The translations under genes and the position numbers were made by a program. A stretch of DNA of 64,000 bases from an uncultured Candidatus Saccharibacteria bacterium (GTDB lineage: Bacteria > Patescibacteriota > Minisyncoccia > Phycocordibacterales > PALSA-1337). The notes under the pieces are model-generated. The model saw only the letters and a program-made list of their open reading frames with translations. It was not told the origin of the DNA and ran no database searches. The stretch is from positions 180,140 through 244,139 of the forward strand of contig CAYWKB010000001.1 of the NCBI GenBank assembly GCA_964459225.1, in the 5' to 3' direction. Below are positions 47,915 to 57,626 of this stretch, piece by piece. Position 1 is the first letter of the stretch. Each line of letters begins with the position of its first letter.

Positions 47915-49621
47915 ATGAAGAAATACCAGATACGAGAAAAGATAAATGGAAATCTATTAGATAATCTATTACATCACAGAAATATTAGAACAAATGAGGA
48001 AAGAGATAGGTTTTTGAATTTAGATTACAATAAACATACCCATCACCCCTTTCTTTTAAAAGATGCAGAAAAAGCCGCAAAAAGAATAATTGATGCAATT
48101 AAAAATAATGAAAAGATAGTGATATATAGTGACTATGATGCTGATGGTATTCCTGCTGGAGTTGTGTATCATGACTTTTTTAATAAGATTGGTTATAAAA
48201 ACTTTTCAAATTACATACCACATAGACATGATGAAGGATTTGGATTAAATACTGATGCAGTTAAAAAGTTTATAGAGGAAAAAGTAGATTTAATCATCAC
48301 CCTTGATTGCGGTATTTCTGATATCGAGGCTGTTAATACCGCAACTGATAGTGGAATAGATGTGATAATAACTGACCATCATGAACCGCATGATGAATTA
48401 CCGAGAGCATATGCAATAGTTGATCATAAACAAAAAGACTGCAATTATCCCGAAAAGATATTGTGCGGTTCAGGAGTTGGTTACAAGTTAATCCAAGCAA
48501 TTTTGGAAATTGATAGATTGGGATTAAAAGATGGATATGAAAAATGGTTCCTAGATATGATTGGTCTTGCAACATTATCTGATATGGTTCCTCTTGTCGG
48601 GGAAAACAGAATATTTGCGAGTTATGGACTTATGGTTATGCGTAAAAGTCCAAGAAAGGGTTTGGTGAGACTTTTAAATCATTTAAAAATTAAACAAAAT
48701 ACCATAACCGAAGATGATATTGGATTTATGATAACACCTAGAATAAATGCCGCATCTAGAATGGGTATACCAATGGATGCTTTTAAACTATTATCAACCG
48801 AAGATGAAAATGAAGCTTTTTTGTATGTTGAGCATTTAGATAAAATAAATACAGAAAGGAAAACTGTGGTCGCAGGTATGGTAAAAGAAGTAAAAAAAAT
48901 AATTAAAGATAGATATGATAATAATCCAAAAGATGTAATTGTAATAGGAAATCCGGAATGGAAACCGTCATTACTTGGCTTGGTTGCAAATACATTGGCC
49001 GAAGAATATTCTCGACCTGCATTTTTATGGGGAAGAGATGGTGATGGAATAATAAAGGGATCATGTAGGTCGGGGGGATATTGTTCAGTAATAGATATTA
49101 TGAATAATGTTTCAAAAGATGCATTCATACAATTTGGAGGACACTCTGCTTCTGGCGGTTTTGTTGTTTCAAACGATAAAATACATTTCTTGGATGATGA
49201 ATTAAATAAATCATATGAAAAAATAAAAACGAAAAATGAAATTATTGATCCAACATTTATAGATATGGAAATAAAAATAGATGATATAGGATTTGAAATG
49301 TATAGAGATATAGAAAAGATGGCTCCGTATGGAATAGCAAACATCAGACCTGCATTTATAATAAAAAATATACCGATTAATGGTATTAAAGAATTTGGAA
49401 AAGATAAAAATCATTTAGAAATTTCATTTAAAAAAAGTAATGGCCAGATAATAAATGCAATTGGTTTTTTTATGAATGCTGAAAAATTCAAAAAAATAGA
49501 TGAAAAGGCTGGTAGGAGACCAATTAAAATAGGCGATAATATAGATATAGTATTTAATATTGAAAAGTCCTTTTTTAGAGGCAGAGTTGAAATAAGATTA
49601 AGAATTTTGGATGTTATTTGA
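47915..49621 (+). CDS. recJ: Single-stranded-DNA-specific exonuclease RecJ (DHH/DHHA1).
   Basis: YSDYDADG, ITDHHEP and GGHSASGG motifs. Confidence 0.85.
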   Translation: MKKYQIREKINGNLLDNLLHHRNIRTNEERDRFLNLDYNKHTHHPFLLKDAEKAAKRIIDAIKNNEKIVIYSDYDADGIPAGVVYHDFFNKIGYKNFSNYIPHRHDEGFGLNTDAVKKFIEEKVDLIITLDCGISDIEAVNTATDSGIDVIITDHHEPHDELPRAYAIVDHKQKDCNYPEKILCGSGVGYKLIQAILEIDRLGLKDGYEKWFLDMIGLATLSDMVPLVGENRIFASYGLMVMRKSPRKGLVRLLNHLKIKQNTITEDDIGFMITPRINAASRMGIPMDAFKLLSTEDENEAFLYVEHLDKINTERKTVVAGMVKEVKKIIKDRYDNNPKDVIVIGNPEWKPSLLGLVANTLAEEYSRPAFLWGRDGDGIIKGSCRSGGYCSVIDIMNNVSKDAFIQFGGHSASGGFVVSNDKIHFLDDELNKSYEKIKTKNEIIDPTFIDMEIKIDDIGFEMYRDIEKMAPYGIANIRPAFIIKNIPINGIKEFGKDKNHLEISFKKSNGQIINAIGFFMNAEKFKKIDEKAGRRPIKIGDNIDIVFNIEKSFFRGRVEIRLRILDVI

Positions 49622-49651
49622 TTAAAATCAAGCATTTGAGATAATACACAG

Positions 49652-50356
49652 ATGAATATAATAACTATTTTTACAGACGGTTCTTCAAGAGGTAATCCAG
49701 GTCCTGGTGGCTGGGGTAGTATTGTGATTGATAAAGATAATGATAGTGTAACTGAATTAGGAGGCAGGGAAGATCATACAACAAACAATAGAATGGAATT
49801 AACTGCCGTGATAAACGGATTGTCTATTTTAGGTGCAGGATTACAAATACAAATAAATACTGATTCATCATATGTAATAAATGGAATTACAAAATGGGTA
49901 AATGGCTGGAGGCGAAATGGTTGGGTAACAAAGACAAAAGAAGATGTAATAAACAGAGATTTATGGGAAAGGCTAGTTGAAGTTAGTGATGGTAAAGATA
50001 TAAAGTGGAATTATGTTGGTGGACATTCAGGAATAATAGGAAATGAAAGATGTGATGAGATAGCTACTGCATATGCCGATGATGTCACAATTAATTTATA
50101 TAAAGGTAAATTATCTCAATATAATATTCAAAATATTTTAGATTTATCAAAATCAGTTGAAAAAACAGAAAAAAAGAGTCATTCAAAAGCTCAGGCGTAT
50201 TCGTATATAAGTATGGTTAATGGTGTAATTGAAATTCATAAAACATGGTCAGAGTGTGAGGCAAGAGTAAAAGGCAAGAGTAATACAAAATACAGGAAAT
50301 CAATTTCAAAGGAAAATGAAGAGCAGATAATATCTGAATTCAAAAAGTATAGTTAA
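49652..50356 (+). CDS. rnhA: Ribonuclease HI with a C-terminal hybrid-binding (HBD/Cauli_VI-like) domain.
   Basis: RNase H core (TDGSSRGNPGPGGWG...NRMELTAV...) followed by YSYISMVNGVIEIHKTWSECEARVKGKSNTKYRKSISKENEEQI. That tail matches the HBD pattern Y...G...xxW.EC...V.G....YkK..t.eEA. Confidence 0.8.
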   Translation: MNIITIFTDGSSRGNPGPGGWGSIVIDKDNDSVTELGGREDHTTNNRMELTAVINGLSILGAGLQIQINTDSSYVINGITKWVNGWRRNGWVTKTKEDVINRDLWERLVEVSDGKDIKWNYVGGHSGIIGNERCDEIATAYADDVTINLYKGKLSQYNIQNILDLSKSVEKTEKKSHSKAQAYSYISMVNGVIEIHKTWSECEARVKGKSNTKYRKSISKENEEQIISEFKKYS

Positions 50357-50419
50357 TTAACGGTATTGTGTGGTTTGAAATGAAATCTTAATAAAATTTT
50401 CATTTTATTTTTATTATTT

Positions 50420-50453
50420 TTTTATTTAGATTTCATTTTGTTTTGCTATGTTT
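50420..50453 (+). promoter_or_regulatory. Conserved upstream motif TTTTATTTAGATTTCATTTTGTTTTGCTATGTTT immediately upstream of comEC.
   Basis: Shares an 18-nt plus 12-nt identity with 12535-12568 and its core with 7962-7988. Confidence 0.45.
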
Positions 50454-50458
50454 GATGG

Positions 50459-51838
50459 ATGGAGGTAACAAATAAAAATACAAAAATAAATATAATAATA
50501 ACAGCATGTTTGATATTGATACTATTAATTAGATTTTATTTTGCTTATAAGAATGATAATTTAAATAATCTTGATAGGTTTATAGGTCAAAATGTTATTG
50601 TAAATGGCTATATAGTCGATGAACCTCTTACAAAAGATTTTAAAAAGACTTTTACAGTAAAGGTAAATACTATTTCTGATGAAAAGGTTGATATTAATAT
50701 TAGAGTTGAGACTCCTAGGTATTATGATTTTAAATATTCAGAAAGGTTAATACTCACGGGTAAACTATCCATACCATTTAATTTTAAAAGTAATGGAGGT
50801 AGGACATTTGATTATGTTGATTTTTTGATGAAAGACGGTGTTTATTTCATAATGAAAAATCCTTCAATTGAAATTACAAATCATGATGATTTAAATATTT
50901 TAAATAAAATTACTTTTTATCTCTATGAAATTAAGCAAGATTTCCTATCAAATATTAAAAGGGTATTAGGTGAACCACATGCATCACTTGCTGGAGGTCT
51001 GGTGGTTGGTGAAAAGAATGCTTTGGGTAAGGATCTTATAGATGATTTTAGAAAGACTGGTCTTATACATATTGTTGTTTTGTCTGGATACAATATAACA
51101 ATTATCGCAGATACAATAAGAAGATTGCTAATTAAATTACCAAGAAATATAGGAATATCTATTGGTGTATTTGGTATTGTTATGTTTGGAATTTTAGTTG
51201 GGGGTGGTGCAACGGTTGTGAGGTCTTGTATTATGGCAATTATTGCAAATTCAGCTAATTTATTTAGGAAAAATTATAATGTGGGCAGAGCATTATTTAT
51301 AGCGGGAGTATTGATGCTAATAGTTAATCCACTTATATTATTTTATGATCCTTCATTTCAATTGTCTTTTTTGGCTACACTTGGACTATTATTTTTATCT
51401 TCACCTATCGAATCTCGATTGGGTTTTATAAGTGAAAAGTTTGGTATAAGAAGTCTTATTGCTTCAACATTTGCAACTCAAATATTTGTTTCTCCCTACA
51501 TACTATATATGATGGGGCAATTATCTATAATAGGGGTAATTGTAAATATCGTAGTATTACCATTTATACCCATAACCATGCTTTTTGTTGTTATTACTGG
51601 AGCTATTGGTTTCATTTCTTATTTTGCATCAGAAATAACTGCGTTCATTTCTTACTTTTTATTATCCTATGAACTTTTTATTGTACAAAACTTTGCAAAA
51701 TTACCTTTTGCATATATTGAAATACCTAAATTTTCATTTTGGATTGTCTTTGCTTTTTATGCCAATTATTTGATAGCGTTTTTGAAATTACCTTCTACGT
51801 TTTCCCAATTTAGATTTTCAAAAAAGTCTCCAACATAA
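50459..51838 (+). CDS. comEC: ComEC/Rec2 DNA-uptake channel, N-terminal and competence-domain portion only.
   Basis: Competence-domain signature ASLAGGLVVGEKNALGKDLIDDFRKTGLIHIVVLSGYNITII, with several transmembrane segments before and after it. No lactamase domain in this ORF. The true start may be a downstream TTG. Confidence 0.75.
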   Translation: MEVTNKNTKINIIITACLILILLIRFYFAYKNDNLNNLDRFIGQNVIVNGYIVDEPLTKDFKKTFTVKVNTISDEKVDINIRVETPRYYDFKYSERLILTGKLSIPFNFKSNGGRTFDYVDFLMKDGVYFIMKNPSIEITNHDDLNILNKITFYLYEIKQDFLSNIKRVLGEPHASLAGGLVVGEKNALGKDLIDDFRKTGLIHIVVLSGYNITIIADTIRRLLIKLPRNIGISIGVFGIVMFGILVGGGATVVRSCIMAIIANSANLFRKNYNVGRALFIAGVLMLIVNPLILFYDPSFQLSFLATLGLLFLSSPIESRLGFISEKFGIRSLIASTFATQIFVSPYILYMMGQLSIIGVIVNIVVLPFIPITMLFVVITGAIGFISYFASEITAFISYFLLSYELFIVQNFAKLPFAYIEIPKFSFWIVFAFYANYLIAFLKLPSTFSQFRFSKKSPT

Positions 51839-52362
51839 CTTTTTTTACCTGATGGTTGATAATCAGCAACAAATGAATGTTCCCACATATCAAGTGCGAT
51901 TATGAGAGAGCAGTCCTGCAGTTGTCCCAAATGCTGTTCATCAATCCATGCATTTAAAAGTCTTTTTTCATTTCTATCATAGTACAACATTGCCCAGCCA
52001 ATACCTCTTGTAAGGGCAAGAGATTTAAATTCAATAAGCCATGCATCGTAACTTCCAAAATCTTCAATAATCTGTCGCATTAAATCACCATCAGTGTTTA
52101 TTGTCTTGTTGCTGCCTTCTAATATTTTAAAATACACCTCATGATTCCTTATTCCATTATATTCAAATCCAAAACGCCTCATTGTTTCGGCTATTGCATA
52201 TGCGTTTTTGTCTGAGTCCGCCTTCATTTCACTTATTTTTTCCAATATTGTATTAGCATTTTTAACATAGCCTGAGTATAGCTTTAAATGCTCTTCAATA
52301 GTTTTGTTTGAAATGCCCTTCAATTTACCGATATTAAACTTTTTTTCTTCGAATTTTTTCAT
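51766..52362 (-). CDS. Fe/Mn-family superoxide dismutase.
   Basis: Metal-ligand contexts are present: H in IEEHLKLY, NGIRNHEVYF, and DMWEHSF (Asp and His). Its 3' end overlaps the comEC ORF end by 73 nt in convergent orientation. Confidence 0.8.
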   Translation of the reverse strand: MKKFEEKKFNIGKLKGISNKTIEEHLKLYSGYVKNANTILEKISEMKADSDKNAYAIAETMRRFGFEYNGIRNHEVYFKILEGSNKTINTDGDLMRQIIEDFGSYDAWLIEFKSLALTRGIGWAMLYYDRNEKRLLNAWIDEQHLGQLQDCSLIIALDMWEHSFVADYQPSGKKSYVGDFFENLNWENVEGNFKNAIK

Positions 52363-52392
52363 TTGTTTTAATTATTATATAGACATTTTAAC

Positions 52393-53163
52393 ATGAATAT
52401 AAAATACAAAAAATTAATTATATCTGTTTGTGTGTTGTTGTTTGGTATCTTTTTCTATTATTTTTATTTTAATAAAACAAATACAGGATTATTTGATTTG
52501 CATCTTTTTAATTTAAAGAGGGGCAGGGCAGTTTTAATGAAAACAAATGATAATAAATATATTTTATTCGGAGCAGGGCAAAACACCGAGACGATTAAGC
52601 AAATAACAAAATACATGCCTTTTTATAAGAGGAAAATTGATTATTTATTTATACCAAGCGCAAATCAAAATCAAATAGGTGGAATGATAGATATCATTGA
52701 TAGATATGAAATTGGGCAAATTTATATACCTGAATTTATTTCCACCAGTACAGTACTCAGTGTTTTGTTGGAGAGAATAAATAAAAATAAAATAAAATTA
52801 ATTAAAATAAAAGAGGGAGATACGATAAGGATAAATGAAAAGACTTTTATAGATGTTTATTTCCCAAATAGTGTTTTTAAATATAATAAAAGTAGCTTAC
52901 CAGAACTAGTTGCGGGTATTAGATATGGTGATACAAATATAATTTTGTTTGGAAATGTATCAAAGACAATACAAAAATATATTTTTCAAAACTTTTTGAT
53001 TAATAATAATTTAAAACATTCAGTTATTGAATACTATAATTCAATGCCAGATACAAGAGTGTATAAGGAGATATTAAATTATCTTAAACCTCAATATATT
53101 TTTAATACAAAATCTGTAAATATTAATCTGATTTCAGATGGGGAGGGATGGTATGAATATTAA
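52393..53163 (+). CDS. ComEC C-terminal metallo-beta-lactamase-like fragment with a degenerate motif.
   Basis: N-terminal transmembrane segment followed by LFNLKRGRAVLMKTNDNKYILFGAGQN, which resembles the ComEC lactamase-domain start. The HxHxDH metal motif is replaced by SANQNQIGG. Separate gene from comEC-N. Confidence 0.5.
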   Translation: MNIKYKKLIISVCVLLFGIFFYYFYFNKTNTGLFDLHLFNLKRGRAVLMKTNDNKYILFGAGQNTETIKQITKYMPFYKRKIDYLFIPSANQNQIGGMIDIIDRYEIGQIYIPEFISTSTVLSVLLERINKNKIKLIKIKEGDTIRINEKTFIDVYFPNSVFKYNKSSLPELVAGIRYGDTNIILFGNVSKTIQKYIFQNFLINNNLKHSVIEYYNSMPDTRVYKEILNYLKPQYIFNTKSVNINLISDGEGWYEY

Positions 53164-53175
53164 TTGTAGATCAAA

Positions 53176-53199
53176 CAAAAAACACCTAGAGGGTGTTTT
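53176..53199. terminator. Bidirectional terminator hairpin.
   Basis: AACACC-tagag-GGTGTT flanked by an A-run and a T-run. Confidence 0.55.
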
Positions 53200-53440
53200 A
53201 GATAATACCTGCCTTTTTTAGTGTGGCGTATGCTCCGCGCTTTTGAATTGTCTTTAGCGCTCTTGTAGATATTGTTAAATTAAATGATTTCTTTAATTCA
53301 GGTACATAAATCTTTTTCTTTTGAAGATTTGGATATTTACGTACCATACCTGTAGGGTTAAATTGAGTAGCACGAGTAGCGTTTGAATAGCCACCTGCCA
53401 ACATTGAACCTCTTTTTGTTATTGCACATACTTTAGCCAT
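53198..53440 (-). CDS. rpmB: 50S ribosomal protein L28.
   Basis: MAKVCAITKRG...NATR..F.PN... fits the L28 pattern. The start is trimmed to the MAKV Met. Confidence 0.8.
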   Translation of the reverse strand: MAKVCAITKRGSMLAGGYSNATRATQFNPTGMVRKYPNLQKKKIYVPELKKSFNLTISTRALKTIQKRGAYATLKKAGII

Positions 53441-53478
53441 AGTGTTAGTCATGCTATCATAAACAATATATTTGGCAA

Positions 53479-54120
53479 GTGCCTAATACATTTGATAGTA
53501 TTTTATTAAACAAAATGGAGATAATTAATACAATATTTGGTGTCGCTATACTTATAATGTCTGTTGTAATACATGAATTAAGTCATGGTTATACTGCAGA
53601 TCTTTTGGGCGATCCTACTCCAAGATTGCAGGGAAGACTAACATTAAACCCTTTAAAACATTTAGAATTATTCGGTTCTGTAATTATGCCAATACTTACT
53701 TCAATGACAGGTTTTACATTTGGTTGGGCAAAGCCAGTAGAATGGAATCCATATAATGTTAAAAACAAGAGATTGGGTGAATTTTTAATTTCTATTGCTG
53801 GACCTGTTTCAAATCTTATTATTGCAATAGTGTTTTCATTGATTATAAGGAATTTTGATAATGTACTATCGCAGTCATTTATCGGTATTTCATACTATGT
53901 GATAATTATAAATGTAACTCTAGCCATATTTAATATGATTCCAGTACCTCCTCTTGATGGGTCAAAAGTACTTTTTTCACTACTTCCTACAAAATACATT
54001 TTTATTAGAGAATACATCGAAAGGTATTCAATGATTGGAATATTTGTTGCCGTCTTTTTCCTCTGGAGATTTATAGAGCCAGTTATAGGACTTGTAATTA
54101 AAACCTTGACTGGAGTATAA
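53479..54120 (+). CDS. Site-2-protease-like (M50-family) membrane metalloprotease.
   Basis: HELSH (HExxH) inside a transmembrane helix plus several further transmembrane segments. Length is 213 aa. Confidence 0.65.
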   Translation: MPNTFDSILLNKMEIINTIFGVAILIMSVVIHELSHGYTADLLGDPTPRLQGRLTLNPLKHLELFGSVIMPILTSMTGFTFGWAKPVEWNPYNVKNKRLGEFLISIAGPVSNLIIAIVFSLIIRNFDNVLSQSFIGISYYVIIINVTLAIFNMIPVPPLDGSKVLFSLLPTKYIFIREYIERYSMIGIFVAVFFLWRFIEPVIGLVIKTLTGV

Positions 54121-54203
54121 TATTCTACAGCATCACTTTAGCGCACGGGTCAACGTCACCCCCTTGTGTGGCTGAAAATTGCAATTGTGTGATGTTACGA
54201 ACG

Positions 54204-54282
54204 TGTGTACCCGTTTGTACACACTAGTAGGGGAGGGCAGGTTAAGTTTGAGTCACCACAAACCTAACCCCGCCCTTTTTTT
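54204..54282 (+). terminator. Two GC-rich hairpins, the second followed by a T-run; terminator or leader structure upstream of rpsL.
   Basis: GTGTGTAC-ccgttt-GTACACAC, then GGGGAGGGCAGGTT...AACCTAACCCCGCCC followed by TTTTTTATT. Confidence 0.45.
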
Positions 54283-54419
54283 ATTGCCTTTTTCTTAAAA
54301 TGTGATAGAGTGATCCCACGTCCAAAAACGTATAGAGGTGAGTAACCGCTCGGTGAAAACAATCAACTCTAGACATCTTTGGGTAAATTATAAAGTTTTA
54401 TTATTCAATTTAATCAATA

Positions 54420-54839
54420 ATGCCAACAATAAATCAGTTAATAAGGAAAAATCGTTCACGTTTCGTCAGAAAGTCAAAGTCAGTAGCTCTAACTAAGAGT
54501 TTTAATGCTATTAAAAATATTCCTAACTTTTTTCCATCACCATTCAAAAGAGGTGTGTGTATAAAGGTAACAACAAAGACTCCAAAAAAGCCTAACTCAG
54601 CTATTCGTAAGATTGCGCGTGTTAGACTTTCAAATGGTATGGAAGTTACAGCATATATTCCTGGTGAAGGACATAATCTACAAGAACACTCAGTTGTATT
54701 GCTACGTGGAGGTCGTGTAAAGGACGTAGGTTTAAGATATACAGTTGTAAGAGGAGTTCTAGATGCAGCTGGAGTAGAAAAGAGAAGAAAGGGTCGAAGT
54801 CAATATGGAAACAAGAAGCCAAAGGCAGCAAAGGCATAA
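54420..54839 (+). CDS. rpsL: 30S ribosomal protein S12.
   Basis: Opens [10 protein letters not shown] and contains PKKPNSA.RK. Length is 139 aa. Confidence 0.95.
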   Translation: MPTINQLIRKNRSRFVRKSKSVALTKSFNAIKNIPNFFPSPFKRGVCIKVTTKTPKKPNSAIRKIARVRLSNGMEVTAYIPGEGHNLQEHSVVLLRGGRVKDVGLRYTVVRGVLDAAGVEKRRKGRSQYGNKKPKAAKA

Positions 54840-54867
54840 TCTTAATTAATCTAATAAATAAACTAAA

Positions 54868-55335
54868 ATGAGAAGAAGAATAAAGAATAAGTATCCATTA
54901 AAGCCAGAAAATGTATACGAAAGTATAAAGGTAGCTAAGCTTATAAACTATGTTATGGATTCAGGTAAAAAGTCTATAGCACGTAAGATTGTCTATGATT
55001 GCTTTAATGAAATAAAGGAAAAGACAAAGACAGAGCCTCTTGAAGTTTTTGAATTAGCTCTAAAAAACACTATGCCAGCAATGGAAGTACGCGCAAGAAG
55101 AGTTGGAGGATCAAACTATCAAGTTCCTCGTGAAGTTAGACCAGAAAGACAGCGTGCTCTATCAATGAAATGGATTGTGCTTGCTGCACGTTCAAAAAAG
55201 GGTAAACCAATGTCAGAAAGACTAGCAGAAGAAATAGTTTTGGCTTCAAAAAATGAAGGAGAAGCAGTTAAAAAGCGTGAAAATACACATAAGATGGCAG
55301 AAGCAAACAAGGCGTTTGCACACTTTGCGTGGTAA
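54868..55335 (+). CDS. rpsG: 30S ribosomal protein S7.
   Basis: 155 aa with S7 signature segments. Confidence 0.95.
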   Translation: MRRRIKNKYPLKPENVYESIKVAKLINYVMDSGKKSIARKIVYDCFNEIKEKTKTEPLEVFELALKNTMPAMEVRARRVGGSNYQVPREVRPERQRALSMKWIVLAARSKKGKPMSERLAEEIVLASKNEGEAVKKRENTHKMAEANKAFAHFAW

Positions 55336-55381
55336 TATTGTTATTAACTTATTTATTAATTCAATTTAATTTTTGTAATTT

Positions 55382-57526
55382 ATGCAAAGAGATTATCCAT
55401 TAGAAAAAGTTCGTAATTTCGGTATTATTGCCCATATTGACGCAGGTAAGACAACTACATCTGAACGTATTTTGTACTATACAGGTATGATTCATAAGAT
55501 CGGTGAAGTGCATGATGGTGAGACAACAACAGACTGGATGGAACAGGAAAGGGAGCGCGGTATTACTATTACTGCGGCTGCTATTACATGTTTTTGGAAT
55601 CCATCATATATGGGTAAGGAGGATGTATCAAAAAAGGTAAGATTTAATGTTATCGATACCCCAGGACACATTGACTTTACAGTAGAAGTTAAGCGTTCAC
55701 TAAGAGTGCTTGACGGTGCTGTCGTTGTATTTGACGGTGTAGCAGGAGTAGAGCCACAATCTGAGACAAATTGGAGATATGCAGATGAAAGTAATGTTCC
55801 AAGACTATGTTTTATAAATAAAATGGACAGAATGGGTGCTTCATTTGAAAAGTCTTATGCATCTATACTTGAAAGACTAAATAAAAAGGCAGTAAGATTT
55901 CAAATACCTATAGGAACTGAAGGCGAGCATTGTGGAGTTGTAGATCTTCTAAAGATGAAGGCCTATTATTTTGAAGGTGAAAAGGGAATAAATATAATAG
56001 AAAAAGAAATTCCAGAAAATCTACTTGCAGATGCAAAGAAATATCATGCAGAATTGGTTGAAAAAGCAGTTGAACACAATGATGTTTTGATGCAACAGTA
56101 TTTAGATGGAAAAGAAATTCCAGTTGAAACACTAAAGGCTGAAATAAGAAAGCTAGTTATTGAAAACAAAATGTTCCCAGTATTTACAGGTTCAGCCCTT
56201 AAAAATGTGGGAGTTCAGCTAGTACTAGACGCAGTTGTGGACTATCTTCCATCACCACTTGATCTAAAGGCCGTAAAAGGTATTGATCCAAATACAGGAG
56301 AAGAAATATTCAGAAGTCCATCAGACACTGAGCCATTTACAGCTTTGGCATTTAAATTACAAAATGACCCATTCGTAGGACAGCTAACATTCTTCCGTGT
56401 GTATTCAGGTACTATTGAAGCAGGAACATATATATACAATTCAACAACAGGTAAAAAGGAAAGATTGGGACGTATAGTACGTCTACAAGCAGACAAGCGC
56501 GAAGAAGTTAAAAAGGTTTTTGCTGGCGAAATCGCAGCTGCGGTAGGTCTAAAGGATGCATTAACATCTCATACTTTCTGCGATGAAAATAAGCCAATAG
56601 TTCTAGAAAAGATTAAATTCGTTGAACCAGTGGTATCTCTACGTATTGAACCAAAGACAAAAGCAGATCAGGAAAAGATGGGTATGGCACTTAAGAAGCT
56701 TGGAAATGAGGACCCAACATTCAAGGTTTCATCAAATAGTGAGACAGGCGAAACAATCATTTCAGGTATGGGTGAGCTACATCTAGATATCATGGTTGAT
56801 CGTATGAAGAGAGAGTTTGGAGTTGAAGCAAATGTAGGTAAACCACAAGTAGCATACAGAGAAACAATATTGGGTACTGCTGAAGCAGAACACAAATACA
56901 TCAAGCAATCAGGAGGTAAGGGTCAATACGGACACGTTAAGATCAATATCAAACCAATGGAAAAGCTTGCTCCAGATGTTAAGATTCCAAAAAATGTTAG
57001 TCGTTATGATGATTTCGAATTTATCGATTCAATTAAAGGAGGAGTTATTCCAAATGAATTCATTCCAGCTGTTGAAAAGGGAGTTCATGAAGCTATGGAT
57101 CGTGGAATCGTAGCAGGATTCAAGATGGTAAACGTAAGTTGTGAGCTAACATTCGGTTCATACCATGATGTTGACTCATCAGAAATCGCTTATAAGATCG
57201 CAGGATCACAGGCATTCCAAGAGGCTGCAAAGCGCGCAAAGCCAGTTATACTAGAACCTATAATGAAGGTTGAAGTATTATTCCCAGATAAATACATGGG
57301 AGATATAACAGGAAGTATTTCATCAAAGAGAGGAACAATTGAGGAAATGACAGAAAGAGGACAAGCAAAAGTATTGCATGCAATGGTTCCACTTTCAGAA
57401 ATGTTCGGATATACAACACAGCTACGTTCAATGACATCAGGTCAGGGAAGTGCAACAATGGAATTCGATCACTATGAAGTTGTTCCAAAAAATGTAGAGG
57501 CAGCAATAGTTGAAACAAGAAAATAA
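55382..57526 (+). CDS. fusA: Elongation factor G.
   Basis: AHIDAGKTT and DTPGHIDF GTPase motifs. Length is 714 aa. Confidence 0.95.
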   Translation: MQRDYPLEKVRNFGIIAHIDAGKTTTSERILYYTGMIHKIGEVHDGETTTDWMEQERERGITITAAAITCFWNPSYMGKEDVSKKVRFNVIDTPGHIDFTVEVKRSLRVLDGAVVVFDGVAGVEPQSETNWRYADESNVPRLCFINKMDRMGASFEKSYASILERLNKKAVRFQIPIGTEGEHCGVVDLLKMKAYYFEGEKGINIIEKEIPENLLADAKKYHAELVEKAVEHNDVLMQQYLDGKEIPVETLKAEIRKLVIENKMFPVFTGSALKNVGVQLVLDAVVDYLPSPLDLKAVKGIDPNTGEEIFRSPSDTEPFTALAFKLQNDPFVGQLTFFRVYSGTIEAGTYIYNSTTGKKERLGRIVRLQADKREEVKKVFAGEIAAAVGLKDALTSHTFCDENKPIVLEKIKFVEPVVSLRIEPKTKADQEKMGMALKKLGNEDPTFKVSSNSETGETIISGMGELHLDIMVDRMKREFGVEANVGKPQVAYRETILGTAEAEHKYIKQSGGKGQYGHVKINIKPMEKLAPDVKIPKNVSRYDDFEFIDSIKGGVIPNEFIPAVEKGVHEAMDRGIVAGFKMVNVSCELTFGSYHDVDSSEIAYKIAGSQAFQEAAKRAKPVILEPIMKVEVLFPDKYMGDITGSISSKRGTIEEMTERGQAKVLHAMVPLSEMFGYTTQLRSMTSGQGSATMEFDHYEVVPKNVEAAIVETRK

Positions 57527-57561
57527 AACTGGGGATAATATTCCTAGTAGTTAAACAAGAA

Positions 57562-57594
57562 GAACTGATATAATAAAATATCGGTTCTTTTTGT
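57562..57594 (+). terminator. Rho-independent terminator after fusA.
   Basis: GAACTGATA-taataaaa-TATCGGTTC (one G-U pair) followed by TTTTTGT. Confidence 0.6.
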
Positions 57595-57626
57595 ATTATT
57601 TAACTTTATTATCAATTTTATAAAAA

